The translations under genes were made by a program, and so were the position numbers. From NCBI RefSeq assembly GCF_009914755.1, contig NC_060939.1: a DNA stretch of 64,000 nt, one strand, 5' to 3'. This DNA comes from the human T2T-CHM13v2.0 reference genome, Homo sapiens. A model generated the notes under the pieces. It was not told the DNA's origin and ran no database searches. It was given only the letters and a program-made list of their open reading frames with translations. Positions within the stretch are counted from its first letter, which is position 1; every line of letters starts with the position of its first letter. Positions 1 to 15,885 of this stretch are shown in pieces.

Positions 1-51
1 TCCAACCTGCCAACAGAGTGAGACTCCATCTCACAAACAAACAAACAAACA
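1..51 (+). mobile_element. 3' end of an Alu with (CAAA)n tail (truncated by window edge)
   Basis: CAACAGAGTGAGACTCCATCTC followed by CAAA repeats. Confidence 0.85.
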
Positions 52-409
52 GTAGTGTTAACTTAGTAATTTTAGCTCAAGGCTAATAATCAGGAGCGTC
101 TACAACTAAATTAATGAGTATTCTTCTCCATTTTCTTATTTATGAAAAGAATATAGCATTACTTCATGATTATTTGAGGGTAATGAATTTATGAAGTACT
201 CGAATTAACATTTATACCCACTTTGTCTATAGTATGAAAACCTCTGGACTCACGTGATTGCCATCATGTGCCACGTTGATGAAATTGAGCTCTTAGATAA
301 TCAGAGTCAATGTTGATTAATATTTTTATATTTTATCACATTGTAATTTGTTAACATTGCTGAAGAGTGTTATACGTGATCAGTAACTTGCATGATTAAT
401 AAGCATTGA

Positions 410-565
<156 letters not shown>

Positions 566-641
566 AAGTGTGCGTCAAAGAACATAAATATCAGTGGATT
601 TTCTCTGTGTATATGTGCAGTATTTATTTTTGATCCTTTAA

Positions 642-647
642 AATAAA
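642..647 (+). terminator. Candidate proximal poly(A) signal AATAAA
   Basis: AATAAA followed by a T-rich stretch at about 661-672. Confidence 0.45.
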
Positions 648-1293
648 ACTTTTGCAAATACTTTTTTCTTTCTACAGTATCTGCTTCTTTAAGATGAATC
701 ATTGCCCTCAAGAGGTGAAGCTTTTTATACATCGTTATATATTACATACTCTGTTTAGCTGATGTGAACTACAAACACATGAAGCTTCACACCATTCTTT
801 CCCTAGAACTAGGTTAACCTACAGATAAAAAATGATTACAATGTAATAGATTCTATAGTTAATTAACAATTTAAATCAACTCTGAAGAGAAAATATAGAT
901 GCCCACACAAAAGAGAAGGGGGGAAAATCTTTTATGTAACAATGGAAAAAGAAGTAGAAGACATTAGGATGTATGATGGAAATATTACATCATTGGCAAA
1001 TCCAAAATTGATGAGAATCTAATTGTAATCTCAAGTCTAAACCATTCAGCTGCCAGGATTGTAAATAGAAACGTTTTAAAGGCCTTGTGCCATTTACCTG
1101 GAGGAGGGGTTGGAGTGTAATGTTGAAACTTCTTGTTGCTTAAAGAGTCCAAAACCATATCGTTTGTAAAATGTAATAATAACTGGTTAATATAAGTGTA
1201 GCAAGGTGAATGAAACTCAGACTTATTAAAAGTTAAAACAGCTTTCCTATAAAGCTGTAAGAACAATTAAGATCTTCTAGAAAGATGCAGAAA

Positions 1294-1299
1294 AATAAA
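1294..1299 (+). terminator. Candidate distal poly(A) signal AATAAA for C15orf61
   Basis: Canonical hexamer about 730 nt after the stop codon. Confidence 0.55.
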
Positions 1300-3451
1300 T
1301 TTGGTAACTGTTTATAAAAGCAATTAACTGTAATGGTACATATCCATAGACTTATTGGCAATAAGGAGTGGGCTGAAATTTTAAAGACCTAATGGCACTT
1401 TTGCATTTGAATTTTATTAACTTAATTGCATTTTTGAAAGCCAAGTCATTTAAAAAAATGTATCCTTGGGGTAGTCACAAAATACCCAGATGAATGGTAA
1501 ATTTCAGACATTTGGAGTAATTTAGGGAGAACTAAGTAGAACTATTTAATTTCTAAACCAATGGGTGTTTAAGATTTATGATCTCTCCCATAATTACAAA
1601 CATACATTATATATCATTTTATGTTAATGTGTTGCTGATACTCTGCAACACTTACACATTTTTGTAGCAAAACATTTTATAAAATTCAACATTTGGATGC
1701 TTATGTCAAGTCAGTAGAGAAAGTGAGTGGAAGTGACTGAGGTGAAGGCACCAGAATAATGAAGTAATACAAACTAGCTTCGTTAAAGGTAGTCATTTTA
1801 AATGATCTACAGAGTGAACTGTTCTTCAAATATATGTGGTGTTCACTTGTCTAAAAGCAATTCTAAGTAACACTTTAATCAAAGAAGTACTTATGCCAAT
1901 ATATTTAGTCCAGAAGAATATACTTGACACTAGTTAAATGAATGGCTTACACAAAGGAGATAGTGTTACATTAAGCTTCATTAATAATAAAACAACTGGC
2001 TATTAGCATTTTGCAGGGAAGGCTAGAACTGATTTCCTCTGTAATGGGCAAAGTTAAATAACTATAGCTCATAAGTTTTAAGTCAAATACTGCTCATTCA
2101 TTGCTGCTGGTCTTGTCAATAGTGGCTGTAAAGGTTTGGTCCCAACACAAGGCTGATAAAATGGTCTTTAATTACCAGACTATAAATACAGCTTTTCAGT
2201 AGAGTTGCACCTCTTTTCACACTGGCCTGTTTGATTTCTGATAATTTGTACTGCTGACTCTGATTACCTGTTTTTCAATAGCTATAGTCAGTGTGACTTC
2301 TTGCCCATATGTGATAGGTAAGTGTCCTTGGAGAACATCTTTGACAAACTACCCTATTGATCTCTGTAATTCTCTGCTGCTTGCAGCATTAAACAGGGCC
2401 TTGATTTCTTGTCTGATGTGCTCACTGTATAACAAGTAAATGTAATATTTTCTTGTATTACATGAAAATCAATAGACCTCTTGCTCTTACGGAGTTGATC
2501 ATGGTGAAGGATGAACTAACTCAACAATGGGTAAAGGCGTGGTTTAAAAATTTAAATATCATTCATTGGATTTATTAAGTCTTGTAAACTTGTAGTCTGA
2601 AAACAATACTTCCCATTGAACAGCAATGGTTTAAGTTTTTTCTTTAAAGCTGCATATTACACCAAAGTATTATGGCCTGAAAGGGAGAAAGTATAAATGT
2701 GTAAGTCAGGAGACTGAGTCTATTTTTAGTATTGGTGTTGTCTTACTTTTTGACCTCAGGCTAATAACTCTCCTCCTTTGTGTCTTGGTTTTTCCACCTG
2801 TAATCTGAGAAGAACGAAACAAGAGACATTTCTACCCGAAAATGTGCATCAATTTTACTTTTGTCTCTGCAAAAGCTCTGTTTTTATAATCCACATTCTT
2901 CTGCTCCATTATACTTAAAGGACTTCATTAATTAAAAAATTTCAAAAATAAGGTGATGGAGAAAGAAGGAGAGATGCATTGATAGCACATGCCCACTAAC
3001 CCTGAAGTGGCATGTGGGGAGCTGAAGAGGCCCTTCTCTTCTGCATGTCAGTAGTTTTCTTAATTGGTGAAACCACTGATTAGCTTTTCTGTCATATTTC
3101 TTTGACAGGATTTTTATCTTTAATCCAACCAAAACTGTTTTAATAAAGGTGTACTTTTAGTACAAAACCTTGCATCTCTTCTATTGTTATTTCTATACAA
3201 ATGAATTATCACGTATTGGAATAAATTTCTAGGCAAATTCCTAGGCAAAATTCTTAGTTCCTGTGTAAGTTGTGAGCCACTATAAAGATGCAGTAACCTA
3301 TTTGGGAGCGTGAGAGAGGCTGCTAATACAAAAATCTCTATTTTCTTAGTGTTGATGTCCTAAAATGCCAAATTGTAGAAACAGTTATAGTTTACCACAC
3401 ATTTTGGGGCATTAATATTTTTCTAACGTTGACTTCCGTAAAAATTCAAAC

Positions 3452-3739
<288 letters not shown>

Positions 3740-4585
3740 TGAAACATTTGTAATTATTAAAACCGTGTATCTTTTAAAGTACATTTTACTTCATGTCATT
3801 TATATTCACCCAAAACTGTAAGCATAGAACATCTATAGTTCTTCATGAAATATCTTTTAACTCTGTTAAAGAATGATGTTTGAATAAGTGGGATGACATA
3901 AAAGGCAAAGATCTTGGTTTCACTGCACTGAAAAGCTAATGCAGATAACAGAAACCTTATCCTAAAGCTAGTGGATTAAGTATCTACTGTTACTCAAACA
4001 ATAATGACATTTGGGGGCATCTTAACCTAAACAAGTACTTAGCATTACATCTCACCTGGGTCAACAGTCTAGAGTATCAGAGTTAAACTCTGTTACTGTA
4101 AATTAATGGAAAATGTAACTGCACTTTGCTGAAAGATCAATGTCCAATAAAGGCTGCACGATCAAATCTTGTTGCAATGATTGAGGTCTTTAATCGCCTT
4201 TCAAAGATAAGGTGGTAATCAACACAGCTTTAACTGATCTTTTTTACTAGTTCAATTACATGCTAATGACTAGTGCCAAGTCAGAATCTTTAACTACGTA
4301 TTAAATCTTATGTTAGTAATGAAAAATTACTTAAGCTACACAATCAATAGAACACAAATCTTAATTACTATATTTCACTTTCATATCATTTTCTGTACTT
4401 GACAAATGTTTCACCAGGGCTTTCCCAACAATAAGAAGTGTTATTAGTAGTGACCACAGTCCACAGAGTAGTTTTCTAATACAAATTGGAGATCAGATGT
4501 GGAATTTTTTTCTCTTTTAATGAAAATGTGGCTAAAACAGTTTCCACAAACACAAGCTTGGCCATTAAAAAAAAAAAAAAAAGGT

Positions 4586-4918
<333 letters not shown>

Positions 4919-4929
4919 CAATATTTCAG

Positions 4930-5998
4930 AAAAGGATAAAGGCAGATGACAAAAGAAAAAATAGACAAATACAACTTCATCAAAATGTAAAATGTTTGTT
5001 CTTCAAAGGTCTCTATTAAGAAAATGAAAGACAACCCACAGAATGGGAGAAAATATGTACAAATCATGTATCTGATAAGGGACTTATATCCAGAATATAT
5101 AAATAACTCTTAAAGCTCAACAACCCAATTGAAAATTTGATTTGAACACATATTTCTCCAAGAAGATATATAAATGGCTAACAAGCACATGAAAAGATGT
5201 TCAACTAATCATTAGGAAAATGCAAAGCAAACCCACAACGAGATACCACTTCATATCCACTAGGATGACTGTGATCAAAAAGACAATAGTAAGTGTGGAT
5301 GAGAATGTGGAGAAAGTGAAAAACTCCTGCATGGCTGGAGGAAATGTAAATTGGTGCAGCTGCTTTGGAAAAGTTTGGCAGCTGCTCAAAATATTAAATA
5401 CGGAATTACTATATGACCCAGCAATTCTGCTCCTAGGTATAGACCCTAGGGAACTGAAAACATATGTCCACACAAAAACTTGTACATGATTGTTCATATC
5501 AGCATTATTCATACTAGCAAAAAGTGGAAACAAAAATATTCATCAGTTGATGAACAGATAACGTAGCACAGTGACACAATGGAATATTACTCATTCAAAA
5601 AAGGGATGAAATACTGATACAAGCTATAGCAATGATGAAGCTTAAAAATATTACACTAAGTGAAATAAGCCAGTCATAAAAGATCTCATAAAATTCCATT
5701 TATATGAAGTGTTCAGAATAGGCAAATCTACAGAGACAGAAAGTAGATTAGTGGTTGCCTAGGGCTGAAGAGGTTGGGGAGAAATGGGGAGTCACCACTA
5801 AGGGGCATGGAGTTTCTTTTGCTGCTGATGAAACTGTTCTAAAATTGATTGTGATATGGTTGCCCAATTCTGATTGTGATATGGTTGCCCAATTCTGATA
5901 TCGTTGCCCAATTCTGACTATATGCAAACCACTGAATTGTACACTTTAAATGAAAGAAGTGTATGGCATGGGAATTATATCTTAATAAGGCTGTTAAG
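4930..5998 (+). mobile_element. Old L1 (L1MB/L1MC-like) ORF2 C-terminus and 3'UTR
   Basis: ORF 5220-5489 contains LLYDPAILLLGIDPRE (L1 ORF2 [12 protein letters not shown] motif); typical L1M 3'UTR text. Confidence 0.9.
5846..5914. repeat. 25-bp tandem repeat, about 2.8 copies, inside the L1 3'UTR
   Basis: TGATTGTGATATGGTTGCCCAATTC x2 plus TGATATCGTTGCCCAATTC. Confidence 0.9.
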
Positions 5999-6019
5999 AT
6001 TATTAAAGAGAAGAGGACA

Positions 6020-6324
6020 GGCTGGGCACAGTTGCTCACACCTGTAATCCCAACACTTTGGGAGGCTGAGGGGGGTGGATCGCCTGAGGTTAGGAGTTTG
6101 AGACCAGCCTGGCTAACATGGTGAAACCCTATTTCTACTAAAAATACAAAAAATTAGCCGGGCGTGGTGGCACATGCCTGTAATCCCAGCTACTCTGGAG
6201 GCTGAGGCAGGAGAATCACTTGAACCTGGGAGCCAGAGGTTTCAGTGAGCCGAGATCATGCCATTGCACTCCAGCTTGGGCAACAACAGTGAAACTCCAT
6301 CTCAAAAAAAAAAAAAAAAAAAAA
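6020..6324 (+). mobile_element. Alu (AluSq/Sp-like)
   Basis: Full dimer; TSD AGAAGAGGACA. Confidence 0.9.
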
Positions 6325-6339
6325 GAAAGAAGAGGACAA

Positions 6340-6660
6340 TGCACAATTAGTGTTTAATTGGTACAGAGTTTGGGTTCTGCAATATGCAAAACGTTCTGTA
6401 GATGGATGGTATTGACGGTTGTAGAATAACATCAATGTACATACAACCACTGAATGGTACAGTTAATGGGAGGTTGAGGCAGGAGTATCACTTGTGCCCA
6501 AGAGTTCAAAGGCTGCAATGTGGCATGATTGTGCCTGTTAACAGCCACTGCACTCCAGCCTGGGCAACACAGCAAGACCTTGTCTCTAAAAAGAAGAAAA
6601 AAAAAAGGTTAAGATAGTAAATATTAGTATTTTACCACAATTAAAAACAATTTTTAAAAA
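6340..6660 (+). mobile_element. L1M 3' end fragment interrupted by an Alu right arm (about 6468-6606)
   Basis: L1MB-type tail text on both sides of a partial Alu. Confidence 0.7.
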
Positions 6661-8599
6661 TTAGTAAAGGATTCGATGTGAGTATGATAAAATATGACTG
6701 CAGGAGGTTAAAAAATATTAGAGATTAAAATAGTTAAAGCAATGTTGACATTTTGTATGTTGCAGTCTTAGAATTTAAAAAATTTTAATTTTGAAACCTA
6801 GTTTTATGAAATTTCATTTGGGATCATTTTTAGTAGCATTATGAAAAGGATACATTTGGTTCAAGATTATTTCAGATAAGACCAACGTAAGGCACGTAAA
6901 GTGTTAGTAAATGAAAATATCCTTTCTTAGATCCTAGTTGCTGGATAAAGAATATCAGCTACTACTAGTAAGTGGTTTTATGTAGTATTGCTTATGGCTA
7001 TTTTAGTTGCACTTATATCATTTTAAATACAGTTTATGAACATTGTACTACTCCATTATATTATTAATTTATCTTCGATGATATTTATAGTATCAATTTA
7101 AAAGCTGTAAAACTTCATGAAAAGTAGCTTAAACAAGGATTTTGATAAACAAAAGCTTTCAGTTTTAAAAGCAAATCATGGAAACAACTTCTTAAAGAAG
7201 ATTTGAAGTTTTTGTTGTTGCTGTTGATAGAATTATGAACCTTATAAACTCAGTATTTTTTAGTTAACCTAAATACATAAATCTATTTGAATTCATCTTA
7301 TGAAAAGAGATATGTCACTAGATATATGATCATTATATGCTTTAGTGATTCATGGACCTTGTTACATCCATGCTTTGTAATGTATGAATTATTTAGCAAG
7401 AAAAATCACAATAATTTTGTTGTTACTCAAAAATTTATGGGTTAGCAGAAACAATTACGCAGCCCCTGAAGCTGGTATGTTAAGGTAACATCATTAACAC
7501 TACGTAGTATAATTTTTTTAGTACTTATTTGACATAACCTTTACTGCTTCTGCAAGAATATATCAGTAATTTTATAACAATCTGTCTGTAAACAGAACAT
7601 TGAATTTATTAACCACAAAGTGATTCATTTTACTCTATTTTCATATTAGTTCATAATTTAAAATCAGACTTAAAAAGTTGTCTACTCAAACCCTAACGGA
7701 AGAATAAAAATATACAAAATAAAAAATTAATACTCTAGCAAATAGATATAAATGTAAAACTCCACTTAAAGTGGATATTTTTATTTCAGAAGATATAGAT
7801 GTGTAAGAACGAGATGAAAATAGATACCTTTGTTACCTTTTTACACATTGTATCAAGACCCTTGCTATGAGATGACCACCAAAATTTTAGTTTCTTATGT
7901 TTTCAAATCTCTAAATTTACAAAATGAAGGAAGCAAGAATTTGAAAGTTTGAATAAAAATCTAGTGTCACTTAATTTTAGATCACATTTCAAAATCAACA
8001 GTCATTTATTCATCCAAGAAATACTTTTGCCTTGACGGTGTTGAAGGCACTTGTCAATGTTCCCTTGACAGTGTGGAAATCCTAGTAACTTTCCCTGCCA
8101 ACAAAATCTAGCAGTTCTAAATCTATTTACAGAGTCCATTCAAGCCATACTGAAAAGACTGCTGTCCACAACTGGGTGAGAACCATGTGTTATGAAGTTT
8201 TCTTTCCAGCACTTGTCATATAATAAAGGCTCAATGTTTAATAAATATGTGATGATTCAAAATTAAAAGGAAAACTTGCCTTTGTTTTTAATAGCTTTTT
8301 AAAAAACAGGATACTTTAATTGGAGATCATATGGATTCTTTACAAGAACAGCAATAAGTTTTGAAATATTATCTCAGATGTAATGAATTAACTATGTATG
8401 CTGAAAGATAAGAGATTGTAATCTTGTTGAATTTCCTTTTGAGGTATTTCAAATGGTGCCACCTGTTTTCTCATACAATAATTTTGCTATTTTAAAATCA
8501 AATTTAGAATGATGTGTAGAAGTAAATGAAGTGAAACATGAAACAGAAAGTCCTAGAATCAGTTAGACTTACTCTTTTAAAACAGAACTAGAAGTAATG

Positions 8600-9300
8600 T
8601 GTTAGTAACTAGAAGACAAAAAGAGTGTTTTAATCCTCAGAAAATGGAATGGGTTACCTCCTGAGACAGTGAGTCTTCTGTTGTTGGAGCTGTTCAGAAG
8701 CTACATGTCAATTCCTTAGTGAGATGGGTAGGGGGCGGGTAAAATTCTTGAATGGGAAGGGGATTAGATTGGTGATTTTTTAAGTCCCCTTTAACTCAGA
8801 AATTTTATAATCATTGCTGCATGTCTATGTCTGGTTCCCAACCATGCTATTTAGTTTGGTACTTACCGCTTTTCCAGTATATGTGGAATACAAAGAACCC
8901 TGCTTTGAAGAGAAAAGATATGGTTTCAGTTCTTGCTCTACCACTGCTGGTAGAGTAACTTTGAGAAAACTTAGAGCTTTCTAAGTCTTAATGTCTTCAT
9001 ATATACAATAAGAAATGTATCTAACACTTACACAGCATTTACTTGTGCCAGGTCCTCATCTAAGGACCTGGCACATATGAACTCACTTAATCCTCTCATA
9101 ACGACCCCATGAATTAGGTACGGTTTTTATGTTTATTTTTCAGTTGTGGAAACCAAAGGGTCTTGCCCAAGGCCACGCATGGTAAGTGTTCTTCCCATCT
9201 GTCTACAGAGTCCACATTCTCAGCCTCTCCTCTACACTTGTCGTAAGATGCACAAGATAATTTTGTCAGACAATGGATGCGGAAGTGCTTTGTTATTATG
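8600..9300. mobile_element. Cluster of degenerate MIR-family SINE fragments
   Basis: MIR core-like phrases (ACTCACTTAATCCTCTCATAACGACCCCATGA..., CTTGCCCAAGGCCAC). Confidence 0.6.
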
Positions 9301-9418
9301 ATTAGGACTACATATAAAGAAAGTAATATAGATAAGTTTAAACAACAAGAAGAGAGAAAAAATAAAGTTTAAGTGATTTGTAGGAACACCAGTCTACTCT
9401 ACTGAAAGAAAAACGTGC

Positions 9419-9752
<334 letters not shown>

Positions 9753-9989
9753 TTATGTCTAATAAAATTTTAAATTAATAAATTAATTCATTTTAGAGTA
9801 TTTAAAATCCATAGGCTTAGCATATAGTGGTGGTCCATGAATGACCTGTGGAACTGTAATTTCTGCCTCTGTGTGAGTGTACTTTCATTTCCATTCCTGC
9901 CGAAACAGAACAGGGCAACTCTCCTGTTACACTTTTGGGAGTTTGTGTTCATTTTTTGTCTGTCTCTTCATAGCCTTTAAAAAAAATTA

Positions 9990-10279
<290 letters not shown>

Positions 10280-10393
10280 TTAATAGATATCACGCAACAT
10301 GAGAATAATTATGTTTATTGTTTTGTTATTGCTATTATACATTATTTTTTCAATCAAAATTTCAAAGACATTGCTGGTGTGTAGAAGGGCAAC

Positions 10394-10689
10394 TTTTTTT
10401 TTTTTTTGAGACAGGGTGTCACTCTGTCACCCAGGCTGGAGTGCAGTAGTGCAATCATAGCTCACCGTAACCTTGACCTCCCAGGCTCAGGCAGTCCTCC
10501 CACCTCACCCTCCTGAGTAGCTGAGACTACAGGCATGTGCCACCATGCCTGGGTAATTTTTGTTTTTTTTGTAGAGACAGGGTTTCACCATGTTGCCCAG
10601 GCTGGTCTCGAACCTCTAGGCTTAAGCGATTGGTCTGCCTCGGCCTCCCAAAGTGCTGGGATTACAGGTGTGAGTCACTGCACCTGGCC
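10394..10689 (-). mobile_element. Alu (AluJ)
   Basis: Reverse-complement Alu with J-type features. Confidence 0.85.
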
Positions 10690-10761
10690 TATATTCTTTT
10701 AAATCAAGATTAATCGACATATATTGGAGTGTCATCTGCAAGGGCCCATACTGGGTGCTGA

Positions 10762-11083
<322 letters not shown>

Positions 11084-11289
11084 AGGTGAATTTCTTAAAC
11101 ATAGGAGGCAATCAATATTTTAAATAAAATGTACTGTTTAATGGGAGTCTATAATTGTTACTGTGGCAGTCTTGGTAGTGGTGGTGGTGGAAAGGCAAGG
11201 GGGCAAGTGATTGATGTTCAAGGCAGGCAGGGGATGCAACATGCAATGGAAGTTGCATTCCTATTACTCAACCTACTCTGCGTTCAAAA

Positions 11290-12330
11290 CTCCCTGTTCA
11301 GTCAGCAAATATTATTAAAGTGCCCACTACGTTCCAGATACTCTCTTAGGTACTAGGGATATGGAAGTGAATAAAACACACAATTTCATCCCTTCATGAG
11401 TAAAACATGTGGTATGTTAAATAGTGATAAATGGGCAGGGTGTAGTGGTTCACGCCTGTAATCCCAGCACTTTGAGAGACATGCAGATCACTTGAGCCCA
11501 GGAATTCAAGACCAACTTGGCCAACATGGTGAAACCCCGTCTCTACTAAGAATACAAAAAAAACAAAAATAGCTGGGCATGGTGGTGCACGCCTGTGGTC
11601 CTAGCTACTCAGGGAGTTGAGGTAGGAGGATCGCTTGAGCCCAGGTGGTGGAGGTTGCATTGAGCTGAGATCACACCACTGCACTCCAGCCTGGGTGACA
11701 GAGCCAGACCCTGTCTCAAAAACAGAAAGAAAAAAAAAATAGCAATAAGTGCCAGGAGAAAAACACTAGGGAAGAGGATTAGGAATTGTGCATGCCTTCA
11801 TGCTTGTATCTATGGGTTTGAGGATGGCCTGCAATCTCAATAATGTGCCAAGGGAGAGCCTCAGCAAGAAGGTGACCTTTGAGTCAAGACCTACAGAATG
11901 TGAGGTAATGACCCATGCAGATATCTAGGTTAAGAGCAATCCAAGCAGAGGAAATGGCAAATGCAAAGGCCCTGAGGTGGGATGCGGGACATGTTCAAGG
12001 CACAGTGAGGAGGAGGCTGGTAGGAGTGAGGGAGATTAGTAGGAAATGAAGTTTGAGAGTTTAGATGGGATGAGGGGCAGAATGTGTAGAGTTTTGTAGG
12101 CCAAGAAAAGGATTTTGGCCTTTTTCCTGCACAAGATAAGAAGCTGTTTGGAGAGTTTTAGTCAAACAAGTGACTTGATCTAACTGTGGCAACTGGGTAG
12201 ATAATACTGTTGGTAGTAGGGGCAAGGGCGAAAACAGAAGATGAAAGAATAGTTTGGACTGGGGTAGTAGCAGTGAAGGTGGTGAGAAAGGCTCAGATTC
12301 TGGATTAAGGATTCGATACTGGGATCAGGG
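11290..12330. mobile_element. L2 fragment interrupted by an AluJ (+, about 11433-11739)
   Basis: L2-type purine-rich text (GCAAATGCAAAGGCCCTGAGGTGGGA...) around an Alu. Confidence 0.75.
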
Positions 12331-12405
12331 TAATAAGAGATGAAAGAAAACCTCTCTGAATTTATAACAGCAAAATGTAATTTTTCTCCTTAAAAAAATA
12401 AATCA

Positions 12406-12831
<426 letters not shown>

Positions 12832-13262
12832 TCAACATCACTAATCATTAGAGAAATACAAATTAAAACTACAGTAAGATATCACATTATACCCAACAGG
12901 ATAGCTACTATAAACAAATATAGAAAATAACCAGTGGTGGTGAAAACATGGAGAAATTGGAACTCTTATGCACTTTTGGTGAGAATGTAAAATGGTACAG
13001 CCACTCTGGAAAACAGTATGGTGATTCCTCAAAAAATTAAACATAGAAAATATGATCCAGCAATTCCACTTTTGAGTATACATCCCAAAAAGTCGAAAGG
13101 AGAGACAGGAACAGATATTTGTACCCCCATGTTCATATCAGCATTATTCACAATAGCCAAAAGGTGGAAACAACTTAAATGTTCATTGATAGATGAATGG
13201 ATACACACAATGTGTTATATACACACAACAGAATTTTGTTCAGCTTTGAAAAGGAAGGAAAT

Positions 13263-13548
13263 GGCCAGGGGTGGTGGCTCATGCCTGTAACCCCAGCACT
13301 TTGGGAGGCCAAGGTGGGTGGATCACCTGAGGTCAGGAGTTCGAGACCAATCTGGCCAACATGGTGAAACCCTGTCTCTACTAAAAATACAAAAATTAGC
13401 CTTGTGTGGTGGTGGGCACCTGTAATCCCAGCTACTTGGGAGGCTGAAGTGGGAGAATTGCTTGAACCCAGGAGGTGGAGCCTAGATCATGCCACTGCAC
13501 TCCAGTGTTGATGACACAGCAAGAGTACATCTTAAAAAAAAAAAAAAA
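13263..13548 (+). mobile_element. Alu (AluSx-like) with small right-arm deletion
   Basis: Dimer lacking GTTGCAGTGA; TSD AAGGAAAT. Confidence 0.85.
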
Positions 13549-14283
13549 GTAAGGAAATGCTGACACATGTTACAACATGATGGACCCTGAAGGCATTATA
13601 CCAAGTGAAATAAGCCAGTCACAAAAAGGCAGATACTGGATGATTCTATTTATATGAGGTATCTAGAGTAGTCAAATTCATAGAAATAGAAAGTTGATTG
13701 GTGGTTGCCAGGGGCTGGAGGGAAGGGGAAGTGGGCAGTTGTTTAATGAATATAGAGTTTCAGTTTTGCAAGATGAAAATCTGGAGATTGGCTGTACAAC
13801 AGGATGAATGAATGTATGTAACACTACTGATCTGCACACTTCAAAATGAGTACAATGGTAAATTTTATGTGTATTTTATCACAAGGAAAAAAATCACTAG
13901 ACATCTAACTTTTCAGTAATGTGTCTATTTTCAGTTAAATTTGCCAGTTAACTGAAGCCAATATAGGCCAGTTTTCATATTCCTTAGTGTTATCACACTG
14001 GTGCACTTACTGTTTTACCATTTTCCCTTCTGATTTCATTTTTCTGTTAGCATTTACTACTATCTAACATATATTTTACTCATTTGTCTGTGTTCCCCAT
14101 CAGAATATAACTTCATGAGGGGAGGGATTTTCTATTACACTTAGTGAAAAGTAAATCCCTCAAGTAGGAACACTACAAGTAAGCACAGTTTTTTTTTTAC
14201 AGTAAGTTTGCTTAATGGCTAGTAAACTATCTCAGCCAGTACCTGAGTGACTATTCTGACTTGTATCATTTAACAAGAAAAAA

Positions 14284-14600
14284 GGCCTGGCGCGCTGTCT
14301 CACGCCTGTATTCCTAGCACTTTGGGAGGCCGAGACGGGTGGATCACTTGAGGTCAGGAGTTCCAGACCAGCCTGGCCAACATGGTGAAACCTCGTCTCT
14401 ACTAAAAGTACAACAATTAGCTGGGCGTGGTGGCACATACCTATAGTCCTAGTTACTTGGGAGGCTGAGGCAGGAGAATCGCTTGAACTGGGAGGTGGAG
14501 GTTGCAATGAGCCGAGACTGCGCCAGTGCACTACAGTCTGGGTGACAGAGTAAGACTCCGTCTCAAAATAAATAAATAAAATAAAATAAAATGAAAAAAA
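14284..14600 (+). mobile_element. Alu (AluSz/Sx-like)
   Basis: Full dimer with (TAAA/TAAAA)n tail. Confidence 0.9.
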
Positions 14601-15559
14601 GTACTAAATGCAAACTTCTTAAGATCACATGCAACTTCGATGTTAAATACTAAATATTCCTTAAATTTAGACAGTATTCAATTTGGTAAAGATCAGAAAG
14701 TTATATTTTGTCATTTATGATATCAAGTGGAATGTATTATCAGTGATTATGATGCTTCTCGCAATGAGAGTTATAACTTTCTGGAAAAATCCTTGCTCAA
14801 ATCATCAAAGTTAAGATTTCTTACTACATAAAGGCTATGAAGAGCTGACGTGTAATTATATTGGCTCTGCAAATATTGGAACAGAAATATGAGTTTGCCA
14901 TTAGTGTAAGAAAAGCTTCAGAATATGTATGCAAATTTGGCAAATTGAGTTGGTTTTCCCCACGGTACTTCGAATAAAAGAGACATTTTAACAAATCACA
15001 GGTTCATAGAAAATCTCTAGTTTCGTGGTCTATTTTCTAAAATAATAGGAAATGAACTTTTAATAAAAGTACATGAGGACTTTTGATGAACGGTTTATTT
15101 TTCACAGAAGTGAAGTGCAGGTGAAAAGGGGAAATTCCTAGAATATCTGAAGGATCTGACTAAATGAATTTCTACCTAAGCTATTGATTTACAGTAACTT
15201 AAAATGTGATAATTTATCTCCTACAATGGCCTTTCAAATTAAATATAAAAGTAACTCAGAGTAAAGTATGCAGAAAAAATTTTGGTATTGTAACTGAAAA
15301 TGACCAACATTAATTTTTTTCTCTCACATTAATCAAGCACCTTACTGTTAGAAGGGAAACTGACAAGCCTCCTCAACCGAGTTTATACAAAATTCAACCC
15401 CAGAAAGTAAAGCCAATTCGTGCACCTTCATAAGAAAGAAATAAAGGACGAACCTACACATTACAATTTGTAAAGAAACTTCTGTAGAGGCACCATCGTT
15501 CTACAACCTTATGCACTTTAAAATCTGAGGTAACAAGGCATTTGAAGATAACCAAGGTT

Positions 15560-15885
15560 GGCCGGGCGCGGTGGCTCACACCTGTAATCCCCCCAGCACT
15601 TTGGGAGGCTGAGGTGGGCGGATCACGAGGTCAGGAGTTTGAGACCAGCCTGGCCAACATAGTGAAACCCAGTCTCTACTGAAAATACAAAAATGAGCGG
15701 GCACGGATGGCGCACGCCTGTAGTCCCAGTTACTCGGCAGGGGTTGGGGGCTGGTGGGGGTGGTAGTGCTGAGGCAGGAGAATCGCTTGAATCCGGGAGG
15801 CTGAGGTTGTGGTGAGTAGAGGTCGCGCCGTTGCACTCCAGCCTGGGCGACGGAGCGAGACTCCGTCTCAAAAAAAAAAAAAAAA
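15560..15885 (+). mobile_element. Alu (AluSg-like), CpG-rich, with internal G-rich insertion
   Basis: Perfect 15-bp TSD AAGATAACCAAGGTT at 15545-15559 and 15886-15900. Confidence 0.9.

Larger units (their letters stand above)
566..1320 (+). other. C15orf61: C15orf61 3'UTR (end approximate)
   Basis: Unique AT-rich sequence after the stop, with AATAAA at 642-647 and 1294-1299. Confidence 0.65.
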
